From: Sulfolobales archaeon
Lineage (GTDB): Archaea > Thermoproteota > Thermoprotei_A > Sulfolobales > NBVN01
Length of the DNA stretch: 37,148 bases
Assembly: GCA_038841535.1 (NCBI GenBank)
Contig: JAWBTQ010000012.1
Location: forward strand, 1 to 37,148
Direction: 5' to 3'
Positions 16,852 to 28,100 of the stretch are shown in pieces. A program made the position numbers and the translations under genes. The notes beneath the pieces were generated by a model that worked only from the letters and a program-made list of their open reading frames with translations, had not been told where the DNA came from and did no database searches. Position 1 is the stretch's first letter. Each line of letters starts with the position of its first letter.

Positions 16852-19040
16852 CCACGGTCCTAACTGCTGAGGAAATAGATGAGATAAGGAAGGTCTTAGG
16901 TCGGGAACCCACTACTGAGGAGCTCGCTATGTTTGAAGCTCAGTGGAGTGAGCACTGCTCTTACAAGAGTAGTAGGAGGCTCCTCAAATTACTCCCGACT
17001 AGAGGTAAAAACGTGCTCATCGGGCCGGGAAGAGATGCACCAGCCGTCGAGGTGTTCCCAGGTATAGCGGTAATCTTCAAGATAGAGTCTCACAACCACC
17101 CTTCCGCAGTGGACCCATACAACGGTGCTGCGACGGGTATAGGGGGCATCGTGAGGGACATTCTAACGCTTGGGGCTAAACCTATAGCTCTACTCGACAT
17201 GCTCTACTTAGGCGACCCGCGCGACCGTAGAGCCCAGTGGCTTATAAAGGGAATAGTTAGGGGAATAAGCGATTACGGTAACAGGATAGGGGTACCGACC
17301 GTAGCGGGAGACACGTGGTTTGATTCCTCATTCAATGCCCAGCCCCTAGTCAACGTAGCGTGCGTTGGTTTGATCAGAGTAGAGGACTTACTAAACAGCA
17401 AGCCGGCACCCGGTGACATAATGCTTGTCGTGGGGAACCCCACAGGGTGGGACGGAATTCTCGGCAGCAGCTTTGCCTCGAAGTCTTTAAGTGACGAGCC
17501 AGGTAAGGATATCGGTGCAGTGCAGGTAGCCGACCCCCTGATGGAGAAGGTCTTGATAGACTCTATAGCAGAGCTAGCGCAGAAGAAGCTAGTGAAGTAC
17601 GTCAAGGACCTTGGTGGGGGAGGACTAACTACAGCTGTTGCTGAGACTGCTGCGGACTTTGGGCTGGGTGCGGAGCTCTTGCTGGAGAACCTTCACCTCA
17701 GGTCTGAGCTAACCCCTCTTGAAATGCTCGTCTCCGAGAGCCAGGAGAGGATGATGCTAGTGGTAGACAAAGAGAACCTCGGTAAAGTACTGGAGGTCCT
17801 GGGTAAGTACGATGTACCGAGCAGTGTCCTGGGATCCTTCGACAGCAGTGGGAAGATCAGAGTGTTCTTCAGGGGTAAGCTTGTCGCGGATGTCCCTGCT
17901 CGAGAACTAGCAAGACCGAGAGACGCCTACAGGGTGTCGAGACCCCCTAATGAGCTCGTAGAGGTGGTAAGTCCCGTAGGTTCTATTCCTGCGGTACCAC
18001 TACCTAAGGCGTTGAGGGCCGTACTCTCATCACCAAATATAGCATCAAAGAAGTGGATATACGAACAGTACGACTATGAGGTAGGAGTACGAACAGTAGT
18101 TAAGCCCGGATACGGAGATGCAGCAGTCCTAAGGCTGGATGCCGAGGACTTAAGAGGGATAGCAGTTAAGGGGGACGCAAACCCCCGGTATACCTCCATT
18201 GACCCGTTTAGAGGAGCGGCCAGCAGTGTAGCAGAGTGTTACAGGAACTTGGTGTCTGTCGGGTCAACCCCAGTTGCCTTTGTCGACGAGCCAAACGCGG
18301 GGAATCCCGAGAGGCCGGAACACTTCTGGTATTTTGAGATGATGGTGAAGGGCATCGCCTGGATGGCTGAGGAGCTCGGAGTCCCAATAGTTGGGGGAAA
18401 GGTGAGCTTCTACAATGAGGACTCTAGGGGAAGGCAGGTGAAGCCCACAGCCACTATAGTAGGAATAGGGGCCGTAGAAGACATTAGGAGGGTCGAAACT
18501 CTCGACTTTAAGCAAGAGGGGTCAGCAGTTCTACTAGTTGGAGAAACCTTCCCAGAAATAGGTAGCACTGAGTACCTCGCGAGAGTTCACGAACTAGAGG
18601 TTGGCGAAGTACCTATCCCCAGGCCCAACCAGGAGCTCAGAAACTCTTCCTACGTCTCCAAGTTAGTCGAGAATGATGCGGCTCTCTCGATTCACGACGT
18701 GAGCTTAGGTGGATTAGCCGTAGCTTTAGCTGAGATGGCTATACTCGGAAACGTAGGTGTAGACGTGAGTGTAGAGAAAGTTGTGTGTCGGGGATGTTCC
18801 AGAGTAGACGAGGTTCTCTTCTCTGAGAGCCAAGCTAGGTACGTGGTTGAAGTGCCTCAAGAGAGAGTTTGGGTTGCGCTAAACCTTGCCGAGGTGTTGG
18901 GTGTTAGGGTATCGGTCATCGGCCGAACGACTGGCAAGAAACTCTTCGTCGTTAGAGTGAATCAGCACGCGGTTATCGAAGAAAGCCTGGATGAGCTTAG
19001 GGACGTTTACGAGCGCAGCTTAAGTGAGCTCCTGGAGTGA
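16848..19040 (+). CDS. purL: FGAM synthase subunit PurL
   Basis: LGREPT, WSEHCSYKSS, KIESHNHPS, GAATGIGGIVRDI, DLGGGGL, SESQERM, YEQYD, GGKVSFYNE; start placed at the GTGA overlap with the purQ stop (exact start uncertain). Confidence 0.96.
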   Translation: MTTVLTAEEIDEIRKVLGREPTTEELAMFEAQWSEHCSYKSSRRLLKLLPTRGKNVLIGPGRDAPAVEVFPGIAVIFKIESHNHPSAVDPYNGAATGIGGIVRDILTLGAKPIALLDMLYLGDPRDRRAQWLIKGIVRGISDYGNRIGVPTVAGDTWFDSSFNAQPLVNVACVGLIRVEDLLNSKPAPGDIMLVVGNPTGWDGILGSSFASKSLSDEPGKDIGAVQVADPLMEKVLIDSIAELAQKKLVKYVKDLGGGGLTTAVAETAADFGLGAELLLENLHLRSELTPLEMLVSESQERMMLVVDKENLGKVLEVLGKYDVPSSVLGSFDSSGKIRVFFRGKLVADVPARELARPRDAYRVSRPPNELVEVVSPVGSIPAVPLPKALRAVLSSPNIASKKWIYEQYDYEVGVRTVVKPGYGDAAVLRLDAEDLRGIAVKGDANPRYTSIDPFRGAASSVAECYRNLVSVGSTPVAFVDEPNAGNPERPEHFWYFEMMVKGIAWMAEELGVPIVGGKVSFYNEDSRGRQVKPTATIVGIGAVEDIRRVETLDFKQEGSAVLLVGETFPEIGSTEYLARVHELEVGEVPIPRPNQELRNSSYVSKLVENDAALSIHDVSLGGLAVALAEMAILGNVGVDVSVEKVVCRGCSRVDEVLFSESQARYVVEVPQERVWVALNLAEVLGVRVSVIGRTTGKKLFVVRVNQHAVIEESLDELRDVYERSLSELLE

Positions 19041-19044
19041 GATC

Positions 19045-20460
19045 GTGTGCGGGATATCCGCTTACGCTTCCGGGAATCGCGCTGGTTACAGCCGCGTTAT
19101 CGGGAGGACTCTATCCCTACTGATAGAGTTGCAGCACAGAGGGCAGGAGTCCGTTGGCATAGGGGTAGTCAGTGTTTCAGGAGATATCAAGGTAGTAAAG
19201 AAAGGATCTCTAGTTCTAAGCCTTTATGAGGAAGTCTTAGGTAACTCAAACATTAAAGAGCAAGAGGTGTTTGGATGTATAGCACACACGAGGTACTCTA
19301 CTTCCGGAAGGTACGGGTGGGAGCTAGCTCACCCAGAGCTTGTCAGCGGTGGAAGGCTTAAGCTAGCTATAGCCTTTAACGGTAATATAGCTAATTACCG
19401 AGACCTCTTCGCTTTAGCTAGGAGTTTGGCTCCAGAGTACACTCCCAGCTACATAGAGAACGATACACAAGCACTAGCTTACGCTGTTTACGCTCTAGCT
19501 AAAGACGAAGGTTGGGACGTAGTTGAAGCTCTGAAGAGACTCCCAGAGTACATTATTGGGGCCTATAGTCTGGTTGCTCTAACGTCAGAGCCTAGACTTC
19601 TAGTAGCTAGAGACCCTAGGGGGATCAGACCCCTTGCTTACTCCTACATAGACAAAGAAGTGTACGTAGCGTCTGAGACTGCGGCCCTTCAGGTACTAAA
19701 TCTTGATTGGCGAGAAGTCGGTGCTGGAGAAATCCTGTCTTTTGACGGCAGTGCTCTAGAGGCTACTGACTCTGTGGTAGCCCCAGACCCCTCCCCGTGC
19801 GTGTTTGAATACGTATACTTTAGTCGCCCAGATTCTTACTTTAATGGAGTAAGCGTCTACCTGTCACGACTTAAGATGGGTTGGTATCTAGCTAGAGAAG
19901 CGCCGGCAGAAGCAGATGTCGTAGTACCGGTTCCAGACAGTGGTAGGATAGCGGCAATAGGCTACAGTATGGCTAGTGGGATACCCTTAGCTGAAGGAAT
20001 AATAGTCAATAAGTACGTTGGGCGAGTCTTCATCTCAGCTCCAGACCAACGCGATGGTTTGTCGAAGATTAAGTACGGAGTCGTGAGACCTGCCGTAGAA
20101 GGCAAGAGAGTCGTCGTAGTTGACGACTCCATAGTGAGGGGTACTACCATGAGGTTCCTGCTTGATAAGCTTCGAAGAGGAGGTGCTACTAAGTTGTACG
20201 TGAGGATCGCTAGTCCCCCATTTACGTGCCCTTGCTATATGGGTATCGACGTCACATCCGGGAGAGAGCTCTTACTATGGAGCAAGAGCAGTGTAGAGGA
20301 AGTTGGAAGGTCTCTTGGGACCGATTCGCTTGCCTATAACAGCTTGAGGAACCTAGAGCTGTCGGTAGGACTACCTAAGGTTTGCCACGGCTGTTTCTCG
20401 TGTAGCTATCCTTTTTCTGAATTAAGGGCTTGCGACTTAGAGAAGATGTTCTCGAGGTAG
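19045..20460 (+). CDS. purF: Amidophosphoribosyltransferase (catalytically complete)
   Basis: GTG 19045 gives M-CGI with nucleophile Cys1; LQHRGQES, HTRYSTSG, NGNIAN, RDPRGIRPL, CVFEYVYFSRPDS, VVDDSIVRGTT, CYMGID, CHGCF. Confidence 0.96.
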   Translation: MCGISAYASGNRAGYSRVIGRTLSLLIELQHRGQESVGIGVVSVSGDIKVVKKGSLVLSLYEEVLGNSNIKEQEVFGCIAHTRYSTSGRYGWELAHPELVSGGRLKLAIAFNGNIANYRDLFALARSLAPEYTPSYIENDTQALAYAVYALAKDEGWDVVEALKRLPEYIIGAYSLVALTSEPRLLVARDPRGIRPLAYSYIDKEVYVASETAALQVLNLDWREVGAGEILSFDGSALEATDSVVAPDPSPCVFEYVYFSRPDSYFNGVSVYLSRLKMGWYLAREAPAEADVVVPVPDSGRIAAIGYSMASGIPLAEGIIVNKYVGRVFISAPDQRDGLSKIKYGVVRPAVEGKRVVVVDDSIVRGTTMRFLLDKLRRGGATKLYVRIASPPFTCPCYMGIDVTSGRELLLWSKSSVEEVGRSLGTDSLAYNSLRNLELSVGLPKVCHGCFSCSYPFSELRACDLEKMFSR

Positions 20461-20466
20461 TGCACT

Positions 20467-21489
20467 GTGGAGAACCTCACCTACGCTAGAGCGGGAGTCG
20501 ACCTCAAGAAACATAGAGGCATGCACCAAATAGCTCTAAACGCTATTGAGACACTCGCTAATAAGCTAGGTGTAGTAGTCCATGGACTTTCAGGCTTTGC
20601 TCCAAGCATAGACGTTATCGGGAAGGGGATGATAGTGCACGTAGATGGTGTCGGGACTAAGACCCTAGTACTCGAGAAGCTGGGGGCGATGAGAGTTGCC
20701 GGCTGGGACTGCGTTGCTATGAACGCAAACGATGTAGCATGCGGAGGTGGTAGAGTGGTCGCTATTTCCGACTACGTAGCTATGGAGACCGCAGACGAGG
20801 ACGTCTTTAAGCAAGTCGTGGACGGACTAGTGGAAGCAGCCGAGGTCGTTAAAGCACCTGTCGTCTCGGGCGAGACCGCAGTACTCCCAGGGTTACTGAG
20901 TGGAGTAGACGTAGTCTGTTTTGTCGTAGCCATAGCAGTCCACGAGTTTGCCAACCGAGCGAACAGGGGGGACCTCGTAGTTGGAGTAGAAAGCTGGGGA
21001 CTACACGCAAACGGGTACAGCCTTGTGAGGAAGGTAGTTGAAGAGAGGATAGGGGACTACGATAGGGTAGTAGACGGAGTAGACTTAAAAACCGAGCTGG
21101 CTAAGCCTACGGCTCTATACTACGACTTCCTACTGAAGGCTATAGAACTCAACTACGTATCGTCTGCTACCCACGTTACTGGAGGAGGTTGGTCTAAGAT
21201 GAAGAGAGCGTTAGGCAACGACCTGGATGCTATATTGAGGGCGCCGAAACCAAGCAAGATATTCGAGGTGCTCTTATCTTACGGTAACATCGATGTAAGC
21301 GAGGCCTACAGGGTTTTCAATATGGGTGTTGGCCTTCTTCTCACTACCCCAAGGGATAGGGTTGGGTCCCTACTCAGCCTCGCTAGCGAGATGGGGTTCA
21401 AGTCATGGGTTTTAGGAGAAATAGTGGAGGGAACCGGGTCTATTAAGATAGAGCTCGGCTGGAGGGGTGGTGAGAGTGTTGAAATATGA
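20467..21489 (+). CDS. purM: AIR synthetase
   Basis: TYARAGVD, DGVGTK, DCVAMNAND, GETA, GLHANGYSLVRK, HVTGGG, FNMGVG. Confidence 0.96.
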   Translation: MENLTYARAGVDLKKHRGMHQIALNAIETLANKLGVVVHGLSGFAPSIDVIGKGMIVHVDGVGTKTLVLEKLGAMRVAGWDCVAMNANDVACGGGRVVAISDYVAMETADEDVFKQVVDGLVEAAEVVKAPVVSGETAVLPGLLSGVDVVCFVVAIAVHEFANRANRGDLVVGVESWGLHANGYSLVRKVVEERIGDYDRVVDGVDLKTELAKPTALYYDFLLKAIELNYVSSATHVTGGGWSKMKRALGNDLDAILRAPKPSKIFEVLLSYGNIDVSEAYRVFNMGVGLLLTTPRDRVGSLLSLASEMGFKSWVLGEIVEGTGSIKIELGWRGGESVEI

Positions 21490-22582
21490 CCCCGAGAGGT
21501 TGCTCGAGGGCTATGAGCTAGAGAAAGTGAGTATAGCGACTATCGCTAGTCATTCCGCTCTAGACGTCTTCGACGGCGCTAAAGACCTGGGATTTAGTAC
21601 TATAGCTGTATGTCAAGTGGGGCGCGAGAAGACGTACACTAGGTTCAGCAGAGTGATCGACGAAATCATCCTGCTCGACAGATTTGCTGATGTACTAAGA
21701 CCAAATGTCGTAGAGCTACTTAGAAAGCGTTCAGCAATTTTTGTTCCCAACAGAAGCTTCGCCGTTTACGTCGGCTACGATGGTATTGAGAGAGAGTTTC
21801 CGGTGCCCGTGTTTGGCAACAGGTACTTGCTGAGATACGAAGAAAGAGTTGGGGACAAGACGTACTACAGGCTCCTCGACGAAGCTGGAATCAGGAGGCC
21901 AAGAGTCTTTAGGGATCTTAGTGATGTAGATAGACCGGTCATGGTGAAGATCCCGCATGCGAGAAAGAGGGTCGAGAGGGGGTTTTTTGTTGCTGTAGAC
22001 GGAGATGACCTTAAGCGAAAGATCGCTAGACTTGCGAGCAGGGGGGTCATCAGGGAAGAAGATATGGATAGAGCATCCGTAGAGGAGTTAGTCGTTGGGG
22101 CCCACTTCAATGTAAACTACTTCCACTCTATCGCTAGGAACAGAGTTGAGCTCCTTAGTATCGACAGAAGGATCCAGACGAACCTTGACGGCGTGCTTAG
22201 ACTACCGGCAGATATTCAGCTGCAGATCGGAGACATCGTCGACATCGAAATGGTCGAGATAGGGCATGAGCCCGCAACTATAAGAGAGAGTGTACTGGAA
22301 AGACTCTTTGAAGTAGGAGACGCGTTCGTTAACGCAACACAGAAAGTCGAGCCACCCGGAGTTATAGGTCCGTTCACTCTTCAGCTGATAGCCACTAAGG
22401 ACCTAGACGTAGTCGTATACGACGTCGCCTTAAGGATCGGTGGAGGAACTAACGTTTACATGGGGGTCGGGAGCCAGTACTCAAAGCTATACTTCGGTAA
22501 ACCGATCAGCATGGGGTGGAGGTTAGCCGAGGAAGTAATGGAGTGCGTTGAGCAAGGCTGCTTAAAGAACATAATCACGTAG
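21479..22582 (+). CDS. purP: Second PurP-family ATP-grasp protein
   Basis: IATIASHSALDVFDGAKDLGF, FVPNRSF, ERGFF, DRRIQTNLDG, GHEPATIRES, RIGGGTN; start placed at TTG 5 nt after GGTGA. Confidence 0.88.
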   Translation: MKYDPERLLEGYELEKVSIATIASHSALDVFDGAKDLGFSTIAVCQVGREKTYTRFSRVIDEIILLDRFADVLRPNVVELLRKRSAIFVPNRSFAVYVGYDGIEREFPVPVFGNRYLLRYEERVGDKTYYRLLDEAGIRRPRVFRDLSDVDRPVMVKIPHARKRVERGFFVAVDGDDLKRKIARLASRGVIREEDMDRASVEELVVGAHFNVNYFHSIARNRVELLSIDRRIQTNLDGVLRLPADIQLQIGDIVDIEMVEIGHEPATIRESVLERLFEVGDAFVNATQKVEPPGVIGPFTLQLIATKDLDVVVYDVALRIGGGTNVYMGVGSQYSKLYFGKPISMGWRLAEEVMECVEQGCLKNIIT

Positions 22583-22640
22583 AAGTACCTCAACCTCCCA
22601 TAAAGCTTAAAGGCTTAAACCAGTAAACAGGTGTGGGTTC

Positions 22641-23573
22641 GTGAACAGCCCCTACAGAGGAGTAGACGTAATATCGATCCTCGACTTCGGAAGAAGAGAG
22701 CTAGATCTTATATTCGAGTATGCCGATAAAGCCCAGAAGTACGCGAGGTCCAAGATAGAATCCCTCAAAGGTAAGGTAGTGGCTCTAGCCTTCTTTGAGC
22801 CATCTACTAGGACTAGGTTTAGCTTCGAGGTAGCTGCTAAGAGGCTCGGCGCAGACGTTATATCTATCTCTGGTGAGGAGGCAATAAGTACAGCAAAGGG
22901 TGAGAACCTAGCGGATAGCGTTAGAATGCTAGACTACTACAGCGACCTGATAGTCATAAGACACAAGTACGAAGGGGCCGCCAAATTTGCAGCTGAGATA
23001 GCGGTAAATCCTGTTATCAACGGAGGGGATGGGTGGCAGCACCACCCAACGCAGGCCATGATAGACCTCTACACAGTTCTAAAGCTCTTCGGGACTGTTG
23101 ACGGGCTGAAGTACGCTCTAGTTGGTGATCTGAAGTACGGAAGAGCTATCACGTCATTCCTATACGGTCTCACCAGGTTTAAGCCGAGCGCAGTCTACCT
23201 CGTCTCACCCGAGCAACTCAAGCCCCGCGAGGAGGTTTTAACAAAACTGCGGGAGCTTGGACTCAAGTACGAAGTACTGGCGTCGCTTGATCCAATAATA
23301 GATGAAGTAGACGTGGTCTACGTTAGCAGGATACAGAAGGAGAGGTTCCCAGACCCACTAGAGTACGCAAAAGTCAGAGGGTCTTACACTATAGACCTAA
23401 AGCTCCTCTCAAGAGCGAAGCCCGAACTCAAGGTCTTACACCCACTTCCGAGGGTTGACGAGATAGCACTAGAAGTAGACGGCACAGCCTACGCAGCTTA
23501 CTTCTACCAAGCTTCTCTAGCTGTCCCAGTTAGGATGGCACTCCTATCCCTTATCTTAGGTGGTGAGCTATGA
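22641..23573 (+). CDS. pyrB: Aspartate carbamoyltransferase catalytic subunit
   Basis: [51 protein letters not shown]. Confidence 0.97.
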   Translation: MNSPYRGVDVISILDFGRRELDLIFEYADKAQKYARSKIESLKGKVVALAFFEPSTRTRFSFEVAAKRLGADVISISGEEAISTAKGENLADSVRMLDYYSDLIVIRHKYEGAAKFAAEIAVNPVINGGDGWQHHPTQAMIDLYTVLKLFGTVDGLKYALVGDLKYGRAITSFLYGLTRFKPSAVYLVSPEQLKPREEVLTKLRELGLKYEVLASLDPIIDEVDVVYVSRIQKERFPDPLEYAKVRGSYTIDLKLLSRAKPELKVLHPLPRVDEIALEVDGTAYAAYFYQASLAVPVRMALLSLILGGEL

Positions 23574-24019
23574 GTGACGCGACGCTCACGGTCTCTAAGA
23601 TCAGGAGCGGTACAGTCATAGACCACATACCCTCAGGGAAGGCCATAGAGGTACTCAGAATCCTCGGTATAACAGGTAGAGAGGGTTACAGAATGGCTAT
23701 ACTTATGAATGTCGAAAGTCGGAAGCTCGGGAGAAAAGACATAATAAAGATAGAGGGGAAGTTTCTTGACGCCAAAGAGCTGAACCTGATGGCCTTAGTC
23801 GCTCCAACAGCAACTATAAACATAGTCGAGGAATTCGAAGTCAGAAAGAAGTTCAGGGTCGTAGTCCCGGATGTAGTGGAGGAGGTACTGAAGTGCCCGA
23901 ACTCTACCTGCATTACTAATAAGGAGCGAGAACCGGTGAAATCCATACATAAGAAGGTAAGAGACGATCCCCTAGAGTTTCAATGTATGTACTGCGGCAC
24001 TATAGTCAGGGTAGGGTAG
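23570..24019 (+). CDS. pyrI: Aspartate carbamoyltransferase regulatory subunit
   Basis: GTVIDHI, KDIIKIE, PTATINI, Zn site CPNSTC…CMYC; ATGA overlap with pyrB. Confidence 0.96.
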   Translation: MSDATLTVSKIRSGTVIDHIPSGKAIEVLRILGITGREGYRMAILMNVESRKLGRKDIIKIEGKFLDAKELNLMALVAPTATINIVEEFEVRKKFRVVVPDVVEEVLKCPNSTCITNKEREPVKSIHKKVRDDPLEFQCMYCGTIVRVG

Positions 24020-24096
24020 CTGTTTTGATGTACAAGGCTTATTGCGTTTTTACAGCCCCATTCTGTTCAGAATGTAAGACATAGTGCTCAAAACTA

Positions 24097-24148
24097 GATG
24101 TGAGCTACGTGTTACTGAGCTCGAGCGGTGGCCACGACCCCTGCGTGG
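24097..24148 (+). ncRNA. Candidate C/D-box methylation guide sRNA (16S rRNA target)
   Basis: C-like GATGTGA, guide GCTACGTGTTA antisense to the conserved archaeal 16S motif TAACACGTRGC, then CTGA (D'); second half has degenerate boxes. Confidence 0.5.
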
Positions 24149-24298
24149 AGTAGTCAGTAGCCACAGCGAACTGCGGAATCGAGACACATCCGTTCTAAAA
24201 ACATAGGACGGGAAACTGAGGTATTAAGAGTAACTTATGATGCGTGTGTCAACATGCGGCAAAGGTCTTGAAGATACTCAGAGATTCTGTTGAGGGAT

Positions 24299-24787
24299 CT
24301 ACGGCTCTATGTCAAAGGGGAGTTCGAGTAGGTTCTTTGCTTGACGAAATCTTGCTTTTCCGAGCACGATCCTCCCTATAAGCTTAGCTGAAGGTAGGTG
24401 CTGCTTGTTGCAGGCGTTTATGTTCCATATCTCACCGCTTGTGTCGTACACGATCGTTATGTAGAGCTCCCTCACTGTTTCGGGGACCTTGAATAAGTCG
24501 TAAATGACTTCTCCGTAGATCCTCTCCGCCTCCTCTCTAGGCATTATCACTACTTCGACCTTGAGGTCTTCCGCTATTTTGGTGTTAGCTAGTTCCTCGA
24601 TCGCCTTGAGCTCGGAATCTAACGGCTTCCTAGAGAACTGGACGACGAGCCTGCCGTGTTTTCCTTCAACATATGTCGAGGCGGTCCACATAGCGTCCCT
24701 ACCTAAGACTCTCACGACAGCTCCCTTAAGAATGTGGAGAGCTGTATGAGTTCTCACTTCATCTAGGTAATCTGACAGCCCAGACAC
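24299..24787 (-). CDS. alaXS: AlaX-S trans-editing deacylase (Ser-tRNA(Ala) editing)
   Basis: EVRTHTALHILKGAV (HxxxH) and WNINACNKQH (CxxxH) Zn motifs; likely start GTG 24787 after GTGGTG gives 162 aa, the size of the small AlaX class. Confidence 0.9.
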   Translation of the reverse strand: MSGLSDYLDEVRTHTALHILKGAVVRVLGRDAMWTASTYVEGKHGRLVVQFSRKPLDSELKAIEELANTKIAEDLKVEVVIMPREEAERIYGEVIYDLFKVPETVRELYITIVYDTSGEIWNINACNKQHLPSAKLIGRIVLGKARFRQAKNLLELPFDIEP

Positions 24788-25115
24788 TCTGTACACCACT
24801 ACGACTGTTTGCCCCTGGATATTTGTTTTTCTTTGTTTACGTCTAGGGACTCCCACCTCTTCCACGTGGGTTCGTGAGTGGCTGTCGAGCTAAACAGCAC
24901 GAAGCCTCCACCTAGTTCTAGCCCCGAGCGGCTCGGAGCAATGCTTCATTCACTACCCACTCATCACAAAAACAGACAGAGACAACGCTCATAAGAATTT
25001 CCTCAAAACATCAAGATGAAACAGCCCTTACACCTTAGAATAAAACAGCGGATGCTTTAGCACGATTAGTTGAAGATATTAGCTTGCTCCACTTCTAAGT
25101 TAACGGTGATGATGT

Positions 25116-28100
25116 ATGAGGAAGTGCGTTAGGCTCATCGCTGTACTCACGCTACTGTCGCTGTTTTCACCTCTAGTTCCAGCTATCTCACAGACCAATG
25201 TTTTTTCAGTCGAGAGTACTAGCTTTAGGTCATCAACAGGTGGGAGTGTCTACCCTGGTTCTACTGGTGCTAGGCTAGTAGTTGGTGTAAGATATCTAGG
25301 AGCTGACCCAGCTCGGTCTGTTCACGGATGTATAGACCTCCCAGCAGGTTTTTCAGTTCAGTACCGCTGTGTGGGGGCTAGAGACCTCAACGGCTCTATT
25401 GCTGCCTACGTGTATTACGGGGACGTCGTTTACTTCAACTACATCGTGGACGTCGATAAGTTGGTAGCTCCTACTGCGTATACTGCGAAGTTGAATGTGT
25501 CAGCTAGGGTGGGAACCTCTCTAGTCTCTGAGCTACTTGAAGTATATGTATACGTGAGCCCGTACCCGAAACTTCAGCTAGAGCTATCGGATGCCTACTG
25601 GTCACCTGAAGCTTACCCGGGAACCACGGGCACAAATCTATACCTAGTCTTTAGAGTAAATGATGTTAGAATAGACTCAGCATCGATAATCGTAGAGCTC
25701 CCAGAGGGTTTCTACCCTAGGGCTATCAGGAGGTCCCTGGGTGCGGTAAGTAGATACTCAACTCTTACTGTGGTCGTTCCCGGGGTTAGCTTAAGTAGGA
25801 ACTTAGTGCCAGGTCCATACACTATTTTAGTTAAAGTAAATGCTACCGCGGTTACCGACGACGATGTATACTACGATACCTCAATAACTACTCAAGTACA
25901 AGTTCAAGTGAGCAACCCTCCACAGCTCTTGCTGAAACTAGTGAGCAGTGGGTGGGTCGGTCCTAGAGTGCCGTACGGAAGTAAAAGCTCTGACTATAGA
26001 GCTATTTTTAGGTTAGATGACTCAGCTACAATAAGCTCGATAGTGGCGAGGCTAAGACTTCCGGCGTGCGCTAGATCGTCTAACGAGAGCTCGAGCATAG
26101 TTACCTACGTGAACAGACCTATAGCTTACGGTGAAGTTTTCGAGCTCTTGTTTAGTGACATAACTGTAGAGTGTCGCTCAACTGCTGTAGCAGAGCTTAC
26201 GCTGGAAGCTTTAGTAGCTAAAGACGGGTCGGAGTTCTGGGTTACACAGACATACACCATCCCCATGACTATACAGAACCCGTCTATTGACGTAAGAGTA
26301 GTCGCTAGCTACTGGAGCCCCGGTCCAGCTTATCCAGGAAGCTCTAGGCTGTCTCTCACTCTAATTATCGAGAACTACGACTACGTGTCTCTGTACGGCA
26401 GTGTAGTGAAGCTGTTCTCAGAAATACTTGAACCTAGAGAATCAACAGTGAGTAACGTCGCCATAAGCTCCTTCAGTAGGTCTACAGTAGTATTTAGTGG
26501 CCTCTCTATTCCGAGGACGGTTGCTCCAGGTGAGTATAACCTCGGAGTACTACTGGACAGCTTGGTCAATTCAGGTGGAACTATATACGCTGTTACAGTA
26601 GAGTTCTATGTGCGTACTCGAGTGGTTGAGCCACCGACACCCAATCTCGAGGTCGTAGACTACGGGTGGGCTGACGGCAAGGCCTTTGGGCACTCGATAG
26701 GCAACACGCTGAGGTTACACATGAGGAACTCCGACCCTAGTGTAGCTATTAGAAGCTTAAAGGCTACTCTACACTTACCAGAGTGCTTCAAGATCGACGA
26801 AATAAGTAAGACTCTCACACTTAGCGCAACAGTAGCATACGGGTCTACAGTCACTCTCGAGTTCAAAAACATAGACATATTCTGTGATGGAGGTACCTAC
26901 CGAGCCAACCTCACTGTTGAGGTTATAGGAGAGATAGCTGGGTCATCGTTCTGGCAAGACTTAGCGTATAGTCTAGTGCTGTACGTCGAGAGCCCGGTTC
27001 TTAATGTCGACGTCTTAAGTGCTGGCTGGGTTTCGGGGTTAGCGTACAGTAATTCGAGTAGGTTAACACCGTATATCACGTTCATATCGTATACCAGAGA
27101 GAGCCTAGCTAGCGCCGTCGTGTACGTAAAGCCTATAAACGCTAGACTATCCGATGGCAGTACTGAGACAGCCGTCGCTGTAAGGGAGCCTGTACCCTAC
27201 GGTTCTTCCTTCACGGTTAGGCTACCCACGCTGGAGGTAGACAACGTTGATGGCTCAGTAAAACTAGAGCTTCTCGTTATTGCTCTAGTGCGCTACGGTC
27301 AATCGCTCTACAACGCCTCTAGGAAGATTGATGTCGAACTTCCACTAGTTTACGAAAACAACTTAGTTGTAAGCTGGTCTCAGGTCGAGTACGGAGGCAG
27401 TCCTTCACCACTTCTTCCTACAGCAAGAGGAGTTAGAGTGTCTACCCTAATAACAAACCAAAGGTCGGAACCTATATGCATAACGAGAATTAAAACCGTA
27501 ACTCCGCTAGGGTTAAAGGTTCTAGGCATAGAGGGTGATTGCTCGAGAGTTACTCTAGCTGGCGGGGGGACGTGCACCTTAAGTGTAGTACTACAGATTC
27601 AAGACGATGTAAAACCCTCCACATATACACTAGAACTCGAAGTCGAGTACGTAAAAACCATTGCTGGAGCCTCCCTATACAATACTGAGGTACTATCTAT
27701 CCCACTCCTAGTAGAAGCCTTAGAGGACTATACTCCGGACGTTCGATTATTCGAGGCCTTCTGGGGCGTGCAGCAACCAGTGCCTGCGTTCCCTAACTCA
27801 AGATACGTACCAGTAACCATAGTTTTTCAGAACCTCGGTAGATACGATGCGGTAAGCGTATCTGCTAGAGCTGGGTCTGATTTGCTTACTCCGATAGTTG
27901 ACTCAGCTGCGTGCGCAGCTAGACTACCCCAGGGAGGGACCTGCTCTATCGTGCTCTACTTCGATATCCCTGCTAGTACAAGAGGATTCCTACAGCTCAA
28001 CGTGAGTCTGGAGTACTATATGACAGCTTTTGGGACTAACGCAAGGATCGTGAAGCTCTACTCAGTGCAACTCTACGTAGAACCCTTCGAGCAGTACGGA

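Noticed and set aside
19024-19044. N-terminal extension MSSWSEI on purF as a possible propeptide
   Set aside because: It overlaps the purL end; GTG 19045 after GGAGTGA directly yields M-Cys1.
24190-24211. CCGTTCTA/TAGGACGG stem between pyrI and alaX
   Set aside because: Short and with no supporting features; at most a generic 3'-end hairpin.
24788-24865. Basic N-terminal extension on AlaX
   Set aside because: Family size and the SD position favour GTG 24787; the extension reads through an A-rich promoter-like tract.
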